The notes below the pieces were generated by a model. It had not been told where the DNA came from and did not search any database. It saw only the letters and a list, made by a program, of their open reading frames with translations. Positions 37,723-46,790 of a DNA stretch of 64,000 bases are shown piece by piece; position 1 is the stretch's first letter; the number at the start of each line of letters is the position of its first letter. The stretch is from Verrucomicrobiia bacterium (GTDB lineage Bacteria > Verrucomicrobiota > Verrucomicrobiia > Opitutales > Cerasicoccaceae), in NCBI GenBank assembly GCA_030425485.1, contig JAUIAM010000014.1, positions 1,810 through 65,809 of the forward strand, read 5' to 3'. The position numbers and the translations under genes were made by a program.

Positions 37723-39003
37723 CTAGACGCCGTGCCTGCTCGTGCGGCTGGGCATATCGGCCCGGGAGCGAACGAACTCCTCCAGAATGTGCACCGAGAT
37801 CGCACCGCCATCTTCATGCTTGAGCGTCTGGGCGACTTCCTTGGCCCGCTCATTCATGGCAGCATTCTTTTCGATGCGGCGCACGTAACTGGGCAGTTTC
37901 TCGGGCCACCTGCGCTTGGAGAGGGCGAGGCCGGTCTTCAGGCGCACGACTTGCGAGCCCCACCATTGCTGGTCTGCGATGTGGGGGATGATGATGTTGG
38001 GCACTCCGGCATGGAGCACGGAGGCGGTCGTTCCGGCCCCGCCGTGGTGGATGACCATCGAGGCATAGCGAAAGAGTTGATCGTGGGACATCTGGTGGAC
38101 GACGAGGATCTCGGGCCGCTCCAGCTCGACCGAGAGCCCGGCCCATCCGCTTTGAATGATGATCTTTTTGCCCTTGGGCCAGTTCTTGAGGAAGCGGCTC
38201 ATGATGGTGTGCGTGTCGTCAAAGGCCACGCTGCCAAAGGTCATGATGGGGACGCGCTCGCCCTGGTAAAAGGTTTCCAGTTCGGCATCCATCTCCGGCT
38301 TTTCTTCAGACTGCCAGCGCAGGTAGCCGCAGAACTGAAAACGCGATTCATGCTGGATGTTGCCCATCAACTCGCGCGATACGGCCACCAGACACAGCTC
38401 GGCGGGATTGGTCAGAAAGCCCCGGCAGGTGCCGAGTCCCTTGGATTGAAAGAGCTCGCCCGCAACGCTGTTGACGGTGAAGTCAACCAGTCGGTTGGCG
38501 ACATTCCACAGGGTGCGGTTCCAGCGTCGCTGGAGCGACATGGGGAAGTTATGCAGCGGTGGGGTGCCCTCGGGAGGGTAGTCCGTGGTCGGCACGAGAT
38601 TATGGCAAAAGGCGAAGGTGGCGAAGGGGACGTTGTGCTTGGCTGCGAGGGCGCCGTAGTGCGGAAAAAAGTAAGAGCTGACGAGCACGTCGGCCCAGCC
38701 GAGGTGCTTTTCCATGGCATCGATGAGCTCACCCATAAAGGGGACGGCGCCCTTGTAAATCCAGCGCAATTGCAGGAGGGGGAGGATGGCGCGGTTGAGC
38801 TCGCGCATGAACTCGATGAAAATCTCCTTTTCCCAGTCAGGCGGGAGGTGGATGTACTCCAGGCCCGCGCGCTCGATCACCTCGCGGTAGAGCGGGGCGG
38901 TGGCAAATTTTACCTCGTGCCCGGCGCGCTGGAGTGCGTGGCCATAGGCGATCATGGGGTAAATGTCCCCCGTGGAGCCGTGTGAAGTCAGCAGAACGTT
39001 CAT
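37723..39003 (-). CDS. GT1-family glycosyltransferase (RhlB / MGT / sterol-glucosyltransferase-like)
   Basis: MNVLLTSHGSTGDIYPMIAYGHALQRAGHEV...; C-terminal HHGGAGTT...P..ADQ..W nucleotide-sugar motif. ATG 39003 is preferred. Confidence 0.75.
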   Translation of the reverse strand: MNVLLTSHGSTGDIYPMIAYGHALQRAGHEVKFATAPLYREVIERAGLEYIHLPPDWEKEIFIEFMRELNRAILPLLQLRWIYKGAVPFMGELIDAMEKHLGWADVLVSSYFFPHYGALAAKHNVPFATFAFCHNLVPTTDYPPEGTPPLHNFPMSLQRRWNRTLWNVANRLVDFTVNSVAGELFQSKGLGTCRGFLTNPAELCLVAVSRELMGNIQHESRFQFCGYLRWQSEEKPEMDAELETFYQGERVPIMTFGSVAFDDTHTIMSRFLKNWPKGKKIIIQSGWAGLSVELERPEILVVHQMSHDQLFRYASMVIHHGGAGTTASVLHAGVPNIIIPHIADQQWWGSQVVRLKTGLALSKRRWPEKLPSYVRRIEKNAAMNERAKEVAQTLKHEDGGAISVHILEEFVRSRADMPSRTSRHGV

Positions 39004-39075
39004 CGCAGTGTGCGGGTGTTTGTGTGCGAGTGCGCGCAGTTCATCAAGGGTTTTTGTGCTACATTTGTGCAACAA

Positions 39076-40287
39076 TCAGGCGACGCCTGCGGCCAGACCC
39101 GCGGCCCGACCGCTGAGCCACTGGAAGTGCCGATGAAAGCCCCCGGCAAAGCCATCGACCCCGACGAGGTCTCCCGCCAGGTGCAGGCCGGGCACGCTCC
39201 GGCTGCTCATGGTGGGAAAATCTATTTCCTCGGGTGCAACACCGCCGCATATGCCACGTTCCTGTGGGGCGAGCTTTTTGCGCAGCGTGCGCAGTTCAGT
39301 CTGCTCGAGCACGCTCTGCAGGGTCCTCGCCTGCGGCTTCTTTAGCTTGCCCCAGTGCTGGTCCGGGTCCAGCTCTGCGAGAGAGAGGAGGTTTTGCCAC
39401 AGGTTAAGTGGGAGCTCCGCTATGGGCTCCGCCACCAGCCGCTGTCTGGGGTATTGCCGGATGCGTTCATCGAGCAGACGTGACACTTTCAACTGCCCAC
39501 ACCAGGCGACACGGATGGGCATGTTTTTCACGCTGCCAAGCTCTCGTGCGGCCAGACAGGACAGGTCCAGTACGGACGAGCCCGCGATGCCCCAAGGGTG
39601 GATTTCCAGCGTGCCGGATGCTTTGAGGTCAAGGTGGGGCAGGGTCAGGCAGACGTCGGCCAGCGTTTCGTGCTGGATGCCCTGAAGGGCAGGGTGCTGG
39701 ATGACAAATCTGGCCAGTGAGGCCTGTGCTCGCTCCACGGTGTGGCCCAGGTCTGTCGCGATGTGACCAAGGCGGCCCACGCTACCCGGATCTCCGGCCA
39801 AGATCAGTCGTTCGCAGCGCAGGGTCTTTTCTCCCGTCACGGTGACCCAGAATCCTCCCTCTGGCTTGGGGCTGACCTCCAGTACGCTATGCTCGGGACG
39901 GACCAGGATGTGGGTCGCACCAATGCGTGGGAGTAGCTCCTGTGCGATACCGGGCGAAGTCTCGGGCAGGCGGAGTTGGCCGCTCGCGTTGGTGGTGGGT
40001 ATGTCCCAAGTATGCAGCCACTCCTGTAACTGGAGCGGGCCGAAGTCGTAGCACTCGGGCAGGACGTGCTCGCGGCCCCGGGGAAAGCCGTCGGCGAGGG
40101 CTTCGGGGTCTTCCTCGTTGCGGGTTATGAGGTGGTTGTCTGCGCCTTTGCGGGAAAGGGCATCGAGCGGGCTGGCATGGGGCACGAGCCAGGTGATACG
40201 CCGCCGAGGGACAGCCTGCGCGGTACATAGGTTAGCCATGGCTGCGGCCAGTCCATCGCCTGCAATGATGATGTCGTTCTCGAGCAA
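39076..40287 (-). CDS. HI0933/BaiN-like FAD-dependent flavoprotein
   Basis: N-terminal IIIAGDGLAAAMA dinucleotide fold. C-terminal ...GICGGV...PGLHLAGDLVGVDGFAGGFHRHFQWLSGRAAG is typical of the family. TTG start. Confidence 0.55.
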   Translation of the reverse strand: MLENDIIIAGDGLAAAMANLCTAQAVPRRRITWLVPHASPLDALSRKGADNHLITRNEEDPEALADGFPRGREHVLPECYDFGPLQLQEWLHTWDIPTTNASGQLRLPETSPGIAQELLPRIGATHILVRPEHSVLEVSPKPEGGFWVTVTGEKTLRCERLILAGDPGSVGRLGHIATDLGHTVERAQASLARFVIQHPALQGIQHETLADVCLTLPHLDLKASGTLEIHPWGIAGSSVLDLSCLAARELGSVKNMPIRVAWCGQLKVSRLLDERIRQYPRQRLVAEPIAELPLNLWQNLLSLAELDPDQHWGKLKKPQARTLQSVLEQTELRTLRKKLAPQERGICGGVAPEEIDFPTMSSRSVPGLHLAGDLVGVDGFAGGFHRHFQWLSGRAAGLAAGVA

Positions 40288-40409
40288 AGTAGGGTTATTT
40301 TGTGAACCTTCTTCGCTTCAGGCAGTCTTTTTTTCAACAGATGGGAAATTTCTCGGGCCGCTTTCGGGTTGCCCCCGTCCTCAAAAGTCGTTTCACATCT
40401 CCCCTTCCC

Positions 40410-41486
40410 ATGTCCGAACAAAACGTATTCTCTGCCCTTCCCAAAAGCACAAAGTTTGCCTTTTTCCTGGCGCTGGCATTTGTCGGCATGGTCATCTATG
40501 ACCAGATATACTACTGGTCGACGCTAGAGGATTACAGCTTTGGATACCTCGTCCCGATTTTCGTGGGGTATGTGGTTTTTGATCGCTGGCCCAAGCTCCG
40601 CGCGATGCTCTTTGGCAAGAACGAGGGGCATGTTGACACACCGGTCACGCCACTGATGCGGGTGACGGAGATTGTCATGGGCCTTGGGTTGATATTGTCC
40701 CTGGTAATGTTTGGTCTGGGTGGCCTCATCTTGACTTCTCAGGGACCGAGCAGCCAGGGTAGCATGATGATTGCGGTTGGCATTGGGGGGATTATCCTCG
40801 GCTTGGCTTTTCTGGTGGCAAAGGAAGACACCGAAGGCCGTAAGCTTTCCTGGAAAGAACGCCTGACCTTCACCTTTATGTTCCTTTTTCCGGCCCTGGC
40901 CTGGCTGGTGTCGGCCCCGATGGTCATGTACCTCAACAGCGACGTTTCACTCGATCTGCTGGAGTTTGTTACCGTCATCGTGTATAACGTTTTCAACTTT
41001 CTCGATTTTACCCTGATCCGACAGGGTAACGTCCTGCTGCTGCCCAAGGGGCAGGTCGGGGTGGAAGAAGCCTGCTCGGGCGTACGTTCGCTGACGGGTT
41101 GTATCTTTGTCGGTTCGTTTATGGCAGCCGTTTTTCTGGACCGTTTTTGGAAGAAGGTTGTGATGGTGCTGGTGGCTATGGCGCTGGCCGTCTTTACGAA
41201 CCTTATTCGCAGCCTGTTCCTGACGGGTTGGGCTTATGCCTACGGCTCAGAGGCGATCGATCTGGACTTCTGGGGCAACCCCGAGAAGCTGGCCGATGGC
41301 ACGGAAAACCCCGCTTTCATGTTTATGAGTGTCCACGACATCGCGGGTTTCTCGGTCATGGGGCTTACGTTTGTTTTCCTGCTCATGCTGTTGCCGATCT
41401 TTACCTTTAAGGTTGAGCCTCCTGAGGACGATGAGGATGAGTACGAAGACAGTGCAGAGAACAGCCAGCCCGATCCGGCGAACTAG
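40410..41486 (+). CDS. Exosortase (EpsH/Xrt family)
   Basis: Polytopic membrane protein with YSFGYLVP near the N-terminus and the catalytic-Cys motif EEACSGVRSLTG. The C-terminal tail is acidic. ATG 40410 is preferred. Confidence 0.8.
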   Translation: MSEQNVFSALPKSTKFAFFLALAFVGMVIYDQIYYWSTLEDYSFGYLVPIFVGYVVFDRWPKLRAMLFGKNEGHVDTPVTPLMRVTEIVMGLGLILSLVMFGLGGLILTSQGPSSQGSMMIAVGIGGIILGLAFLVAKEDTEGRKLSWKERLTFTFMFLFPALAWLVSAPMVMYLNSDVSLDLLEFVTVIVYNVFNFLDFTLIRQGNVLLLPKGQVGVEEACSGVRSLTGCIFVGSFMAAVFLDRFWKKVVMVLVAMALAVFTNLIRSLFLTGWAYAYGSEAIDLDFWGNPEKLADGTENPAFMFMSVHDIAGFSVMGLTFVFLLMLLPIFTFKVEPPEDDEDEYEDSAENSQPDPAN

Positions 41487-41510
41487 GCCGTTGCCCTCGT
41501 AAAAATCATT

Positions 41511-41538
41511 TACCGCGGGGCATTTGCGGTATTTTGTG
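41511..41538 (+). terminator. Weak terminator-like hairpin after the exosortase gene
   Basis: TACCGC-N9-GCGGTA followed by TTTTGTG. The stem is short. Confidence 0.3.
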
Positions 41539-41602
41539 TATGCTTTGTGCTCACGTGGCCGTTTTCTTTTTCTAATACTATAGCGAACAGGACAACAGAC
41601 CT

Positions 41603-43126
41603 ATGCCGAAGAAGCCGTTGAAAATCCTACAGGTTGCACCCGAAATCGCGCCGTATTCCAAAGTCGGTGGTTTGGCCGATGTCTCGGGCGCGCTGACCAA
41701 GGAAATGTCCCGTCAGGGGCACGACGTGCGGGTCATCACCCCGCTGTACGGCTTTCTCAATCCGCAGGAAAATGGCTGGGAGGCCGAGCCGGGCGCGTTC
41801 TCCGTTCACCTGGGCAACCACCGCGAGGAATTCTGCCGCCTGTGGCGGGACACTTATCCCGGCAGCGAGGCTCAGGTCTACTTTATCGAATACGGCAAGT
41901 ACTACGACCGGCACGAAATCTACACCGGTCCCTGGGGCGGACACAGCGACAACCACGAGCGCTTCGCCTTTCTTAGCCGTGCGGCCATCGACTACTGCCA
42001 TTCGCGCAAGTGGTACCCGGATGTCATCCACTGCCACGACTGGACCTGCGGTTTTGTCCCGATTTACCTCAACACCACCGAGTACAACACCCCGCTGGGC
42101 CGGGCCGCCACCGTCTTTACCATTCATAACCTCATGCACCAGGGGGTATTCGGGCGCGAAGTCCTGGCCTTCGCCGGGCTGCCCACCAGTGAGGTGTTCC
42201 GCCCCGATAACGCCGAGTCCATGGGATTGGTTAACATGATGAAGGGCGGAATCTACAATTCCACCAAGATCACCACGGTTAGCCCCAACTACGCGGCCGA
42301 GATTCAGGGGCCAGAGTACGGCTGCGGCTTGAACCATATTCTCAAGTACCGCGCAGCCGACCTCATCGGTATCATCAACGGTATCGATACGGATGAGTGG
42401 AACCCCGCTACCGACCCCCATCTGCCGGCGAACTACAGCGTGGACGACCTTTCGGGCAAGGCCGTGTGCAAGCGTGCTCTGCAGGAAACCCTCGGCCTGG
42501 AGCAAAACCCCAAGCTGCCCCTCTTCTGCGCCGTTGCCCGCCTCTTCGATCAGAAGGGGCTCGACCTGCTGGCTGGCATCGTGCCCTGGCTTATGGAGGA
42601 GATGAAGATTCAGGTCGCTCTGCTCGGGGCGGGCGATCCCGGCCTTGAGCAGACTTTTCGCGATCTGGCCACGCGCTACCCGGGGCGGGTAGGGACACAC
42701 ATCGGCTTTAGCAATCCGCTGGCCCACCTCTTTGAGGCCGGGGGGGACTTCTTCCTGATGCCCAGTCGCTTCGAGCCCTGCGGTTTGAACCAGATGTACT
42801 CTATGGCTTACGGTACGCTGCCCGTCGTGCGCTCCACAGGCGGACTTGTGGACAGCGTTGAGCAGTACTCCGAGGGCCGTTCGCGCGGCACAGGCTTCCG
42901 TTTTGAGGAGGCCAGTGGCAAAGCCTTGTACTACGCCATGGGCTGGGCATGTTCCACCTGGTATGATCGCCCGGAAGACTACCGCATGCTCCAGCGCAAT
43001 GCCATGACCCGCGACTTGAGCTGGTCAAATTCCGCCAGTAAGTACCTGGATGTCTACTCATGGGCTATTGATGCTCGTCTGCGTGGTATGGGGGTTGTTG
43101 AAGACGCAAAACCCGTTCAATCCTAG
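41603..43126 (+). CDS. glgA: Glycogen (starch) synthase
   Basis: PYSKVGGLADV N-terminal motif, HCHDW and the GT5 C-terminal pattern PSRFEPCGL. Confidence 0.9.
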   Translation: MPKKPLKILQVAPEIAPYSKVGGLADVSGALTKEMSRQGHDVRVITPLYGFLNPQENGWEAEPGAFSVHLGNHREEFCRLWRDTYPGSEAQVYFIEYGKYYDRHEIYTGPWGGHSDNHERFAFLSRAAIDYCHSRKWYPDVIHCHDWTCGFVPIYLNTTEYNTPLGRAATVFTIHNLMHQGVFGREVLAFAGLPTSEVFRPDNAESMGLVNMMKGGIYNSTKITTVSPNYAAEIQGPEYGCGLNHILKYRAADLIGIINGIDTDEWNPATDPHLPANYSVDDLSGKAVCKRALQETLGLEQNPKLPLFCAVARLFDQKGLDLLAGIVPWLMEEMKIQVALLGAGDPGLEQTFRDLATRYPGRVGTHIGFSNPLAHLFEAGGDFFLMPSRFEPCGLNQMYSMAYGTLPVVRSTGGLVDSVEQYSEGRSRGTGFRFEEASGKALYYAMGWACSTWYDRPEDYRMLQRNAMTRDLSWSNSASKYLDVYSWAIDARLRGMGVVEDAKPVQS

Positions 43127-43173
43127 CTTTTCTGTGCAAACTATCTTTCGGCAAGAAACCTGCTTGGTTTCTC

Positions 43174-45795
43174 TTGCCTATGGGGCAGGGGCTCCGTAAG
43201 GTCGTGGGTTATTCTCTCACGGAATCTATGGAATGCCGTACCGCCAAACGCCTTTACTCACCCGGAGCACTCGAAGCCTGGTTCCACAACCTGTGCCGTG
43301 ACTGGGAAAAAGCGTTCAGCGAGGAGCAACTTCAGCGCGGGCGTGAGTGCTACCGTCTCGGCGGCATTCGCGAGATCGAGCTGACCAGAGACGACGCCAT
43401 CATCCACAGCAATTGGCAGAACGAAGAGCGTTACTCTGTGGTCGAGTGGCGCAATGGCCGCATGGAGGTGCGTTGCTCCACCGAAGACATGGAGGGCGGA
43501 CGTGCCCTGGCCGCGGCTGGTTTATACGAAATCGAGGAACTCGTTTCGGAGGAAATTTCTCCGCTGCCGCTCGATCGCGAGACCGAGAAAAAGCAAGAGG
43601 CCGAAGAGGCCGAGCCTGTCGAGGAAGAGGAGACGCCGCCTGAGGAGGATGACTCCGCCCCGGTGCTCAGCGACAAGCGTGAGCTCCAGTTGGACTTTAG
43701 TGCTACGGAGCAGGGACTCGATTTTTCCGTCTTCTGGCTCGATAAGGGCGTCAAAGTCCCCGCTCTGGGTGAGGGCTCACCCACAGCGGAAAGCATCTCC
43801 GCTACCGATCGCGAGAAGCTCATCCGTCTGGCCAGCATGGCTCGCAAAGGCGGCTTTAAGTTTAACAGCCAGCGCAACTGCTATCTGCTCGCGCGTTTGG
43901 ACGAGGTGCCGGGCTTTCTCGGTAGCACGTTGAGCCAGTGGCGCAAGCATTTCGCCTGCCTGCTCACCCCGGACGCGATGGCGCTCAAGAACGGTGTCCG
44001 CGAGCTGGACATCGCGGCGGAGGCCACCGATCAGGGCAGCGGCGCCTTTAACCTGACCTGGAAATTCAGCCTCGACGGCGAATCGCTCGAACAGGGCGAA
44101 ATCGGCTCAAAGCTTTTCCGCGGTGACAACCTCGTATTCGTCAAGGGCAGGGGACTGGTCCGCCTGAGCGGGCAACAAACGGAGACCTTGGCCGACTGGC
44201 GGGCATCCGTACTCCATCAGGGTAACGGCAGTCTGCCGCGCTACCTGCTTTGCTCGCTCTTTGGCCGCGATGAGGTCAAGCTCGAGCTGACTCCCGAGTT
44301 GGCCCGCTGGCGCAAGACGCTTTCCGACCCCAGCACAGAACCCGATGGCTTGCTGCCTATTCTTCGCCCGTACCAGCGTTACGGTTGCCAGTGGCTGGCC
44401 CACTTGTGCGAGAGCGGTTGTCACGCCCTGCTGGCGGACGAGATGGGCCTCGGTAAAACCCTGCAAATCCTCTCGCTACTGGTCTCGCGCCCCGTCGAGG
44501 GCAAGGCTTCGATCATCGTGTGCCCGGCCAGTGTTGTGCCCGTCTGGCAAAGCGAGTTGCGAAAGTTTTTCCCTGGGATGAGTTCGCGCATCCTGCGCAA
44601 GGGCGAGGACTTCACCAGCGGCAAAGAGCCCAGCCTGTGGATTTCCAGCTACACCCAGCTGCGCCGCCACAAGGGGCTGCTGGAGCAGGCGCGTTTCGGC
44701 TACGCGGTGCTCGATGAGGCGCAGTACATTAAAAACCCGGATGCGAAGGTCACTCAGGCCTGTATGAATATCCGCGCTGAGCACCGCATCGCGCTGACCG
44801 GTACGCCGCTGGAAAACCGCTTCCTGGACCTGTGGACTATTTTCCGTTTCCTCATGCCCGGCTTGCTGGGGTCGCGCTCGCGCTTTGAGCAGCAGTACGC
44901 CGATGACCCGGAGACCTTCATGGGCAAAGTCACCGTGCAGATCGCACCTTTTGTTCTGCGCCGCACGAAAAAGTCTGTCCTCAAGGAACTGCCGGCCAAG
45001 GTCGAGACGGATCTCATTTGCCCCATGACCGAGCTGCAGCGGCGCCTCTACACCCAGATGGCGGAGGAAGGCGTTACCCGGATGGGCGACGACCTCAAGG
45101 GCTACTCCAGCGAAAAAACGTTTAGCCTGCTTACGCTGCTTACCCGCCTGCGGCAGGTATCCTGCGACCCGGACCTGCTCCCGTGGGTCGATGCGGACTG
45201 GCAACAGAGCGGCAAGCTGCTTACGCTCATCGAGCGGCTGCGTGAGGTCGTGGCCAGCGGGCACAAGGTCGTTGTCTTCAGCCAGTTCGTTACCTTTCTG
45301 GAGCGCGTACAGCGTGTGCTCGAGGTCGAGCTGCCCGAGCTCGACATCTTCAGCCTCACGGGTAAGACGGCCGACCGCGCCAAGCCCGTGGATTCCTTTC
45401 AGGCCACGAAGAAGCCCGCCGTCATCCTGGTCAGCCTGCGCGCGGGGGGCACGGGTGTCACGCTCAACAGCGCGGAGTACGTCTTTATGCTCGATCCGTG
45501 GTGGAACCCCGCGGTGGAAAACCAGGCCATCGACCGCGTACACCGTATCGGTCAGCGCAAGACCGTCTTTGTCTACCGCCTGGTGGCCTCAGCCACGGTG
45601 GAGGACCGTGTGCAAGCGCTCAAGGCCAGCAAGCGACACTTGTTCGAGCAGACGATGCGGGCCACCCACGGCGGGGCCGACTTTACCCAGTATTTTCATT
45701 CGTTACGCCAACTCATCGACCTGTTGCCGGACGAGGCCGAGGCCGATTCCGAGTCGCGGGACAAGCCCGTTTCAGCGACCAAGAGCCTTGCGTAA
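43174..45795 (+). CDS. SNF2-family ATPase/helicase with a ~400-aa N-terminal non-helicase region
   Basis: LADEMGLGKT (motif I), DEAQYIKN (motif II), TGTPLENR and C-terminal LSLRAGGTGVTL...DPWWNPAVENQAIDRVHRIGQ. The start is uncertain (TTG 43174, ATG 43180 or ATG 43228), and a hairpin spans 43150-43178. Confidence 0.85.
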   Translation: MPMGQGLRKVVGYSLTESMECRTAKRLYSPGALEAWFHNLCRDWEKAFSEEQLQRGRECYRLGGIREIELTRDDAIIHSNWQNEERYSVVEWRNGRMEVRCSTEDMEGGRALAAAGLYEIEELVSEEISPLPLDRETEKKQEAEEAEPVEEEETPPEEDDSAPVLSDKRELQLDFSATEQGLDFSVFWLDKGVKVPALGEGSPTAESISATDREKLIRLASMARKGGFKFNSQRNCYLLARLDEVPGFLGSTLSQWRKHFACLLTPDAMALKNGVRELDIAAEATDQGSGAFNLTWKFSLDGESLEQGEIGSKLFRGDNLVFVKGRGLVRLSGQQTETLADWRASVLHQGNGSLPRYLLCSLFGRDEVKLELTPELARWRKTLSDPSTEPDGLLPILRPYQRYGCQWLAHLCESGCHALLADEMGLGKTLQILSLLVSRPVEGKASIIVCPASVVPVWQSELRKFFPGMSSRILRKGEDFTSGKEPSLWISSYTQLRRHKGLLEQARFGYAVLDEAQYIKNPDAKVTQACMNIRAEHRIALTGTPLENRFLDLWTIFRFLMPGLLGSRSRFEQQYADDPETFMGKVTVQIAPFVLRRTKKSVLKELPAKVETDLICPMTELQRRLYTQMAEEGVTRMGDDLKGYSSEKTFSLLTLLTRLRQVSCDPDLLPWVDADWQQSGKLLTLIERLREVVASGHKVVVFSQFVTFLERVQRVLEVELPELDIFSLTGKTADRAKPVDSFQATKKPAVILVSLRAGGTGVTLNSAEYVFMLDPWWNPAVENQAIDRVHRIGQRKTVFVYRLVASATVEDRVQALKASKRHLFEQTMRATHGGADFTQYFHSLRQLIDLLPDEAEADSESRDKPVSATKSLA

Positions 45796-45896
45796 CGCTA
45801 AAGTCACACATCCAAGATTGCATTTCCCACGGGTTTATCACAACATAGAGACACACTACCGGTATTTGACCACAACCATGCTACTGACCTGTTGCC

Positions 45897-45919
45897 TCCC
45901 GTCTTGGACGGGATTTTTT
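45897..45919 (+). terminator. Rho-independent terminator after the SNF2 gene
   Basis: TCCCGTC-TTG-GACGGGA followed by TTTTTT. Confidence 0.75.
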
Positions 45920-45975
45920 GCAAGATAAGATCAGGCTTCGCACGGAACCGCTTACCGGGTTAGCCTTACACTTTC

Positions 45976-46659
45976 ATGCATCCATTTTACCAATCCGAGC
46001 TCAAAGAAATCCGTCAGAACCTGGTCTTGATGGGGGAGCGTGCCATCGAGGTGGTGCGGCTCGCAGTCCAGTCCCTCATCGAGAGCGAACCCGATATCTC
46101 CGACCGCGTGATCGTGATGGACGACCGCATCGACGAACTCGAGCTCGCCATCGACAGCGAGGCCATCCGCTACATCTCCCTGCGCTCGCCTGTGGCCTCC
46201 GACCTGCGCCTGCTGACCATGGCCATGAAGGCTTGCCACGATCTTGAGAGAATTGGTGACGAGGCCACCACCATTGCCAAATATTCCAAGCAGATCCAGA
46301 GCAAGCTCCCGGCCAAGCATTTTTACGGCATACCCGCTATGTCCGAGCTGGTCATCGACCAGTTGCGCAATGCGTTGGACAGCTTCATCGGTGAAGATGC
46401 CGAGATTGCGCATTCGGTCCCGCAGAAGGATCGCTTGATCGACGAACTGCACCGAGACAATTACACCGCGCTCATCGCTGCCGTTCGCGAAAACGCTGAG
46501 CTGGCCGAGCAGTCCATCGAGTTGATTTTCATCTCCAAGGCGCTGGAGCGGATCGGCGATCACGCGACAAACGTGGCCGAGGATGTCATCTACCTCCTCG
46601 AAGGCGATGACGTGCGCCACACCGAGGCGGTGAAGCGTTCGGCGCGTCAGGCAGATTAA
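45976..46659 (+). CDS. phoU: Phosphate signalling complex protein PhoU
   Basis: Two PhoU repeats, each with a D..ERIGD motif (CHDLERIGDEA, KALERIGDHATN). Confidence 0.9.
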   Translation: MHPFYQSELKEIRQNLVLMGERAIEVVRLAVQSLIESEPDISDRVIVMDDRIDELELAIDSEAIRYISLRSPVASDLRLLTMAMKACHDLERIGDEATTIAKYSKQIQSKLPAKHFYGIPAMSELVIDQLRNALDSFIGEDAEIAHSVPQKDRLIDELHRDNYTALIAAVRENAELAEQSIELIFISKALERIGDHATNVAEDVIYLLEGDDVRHTEAVKRSARQAD

Positions 46660-46790
46660 GGCTGTGCTTAGCTCAAGGTTTGATTGCCTCGTTTTGAAGT
46701 GGCCAGTTCATCATGCTTGCGTATTTCGGCAGACCTGATGCAAAGGATGGTTGACAGTGAATTGATTTTAAACAGTCGTTTGTTTTACGG

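Noticed and set aside
43174-45795. SNF2 helicase considered as part of a defence system (DISARM- or BREX-like).
   Set aside because: No methyltransferase, PLD, DUF1998 or other partner genes are adjacent. The neighbours are glgA and phoU, each with its own boundaries, and a terminator follows the gene.
45976-46659. PhoU without adjacent pstSCAB genes.
   Set aside because: Orphan phoU paralogues are common, and nothing in the sequence itself is unusual.
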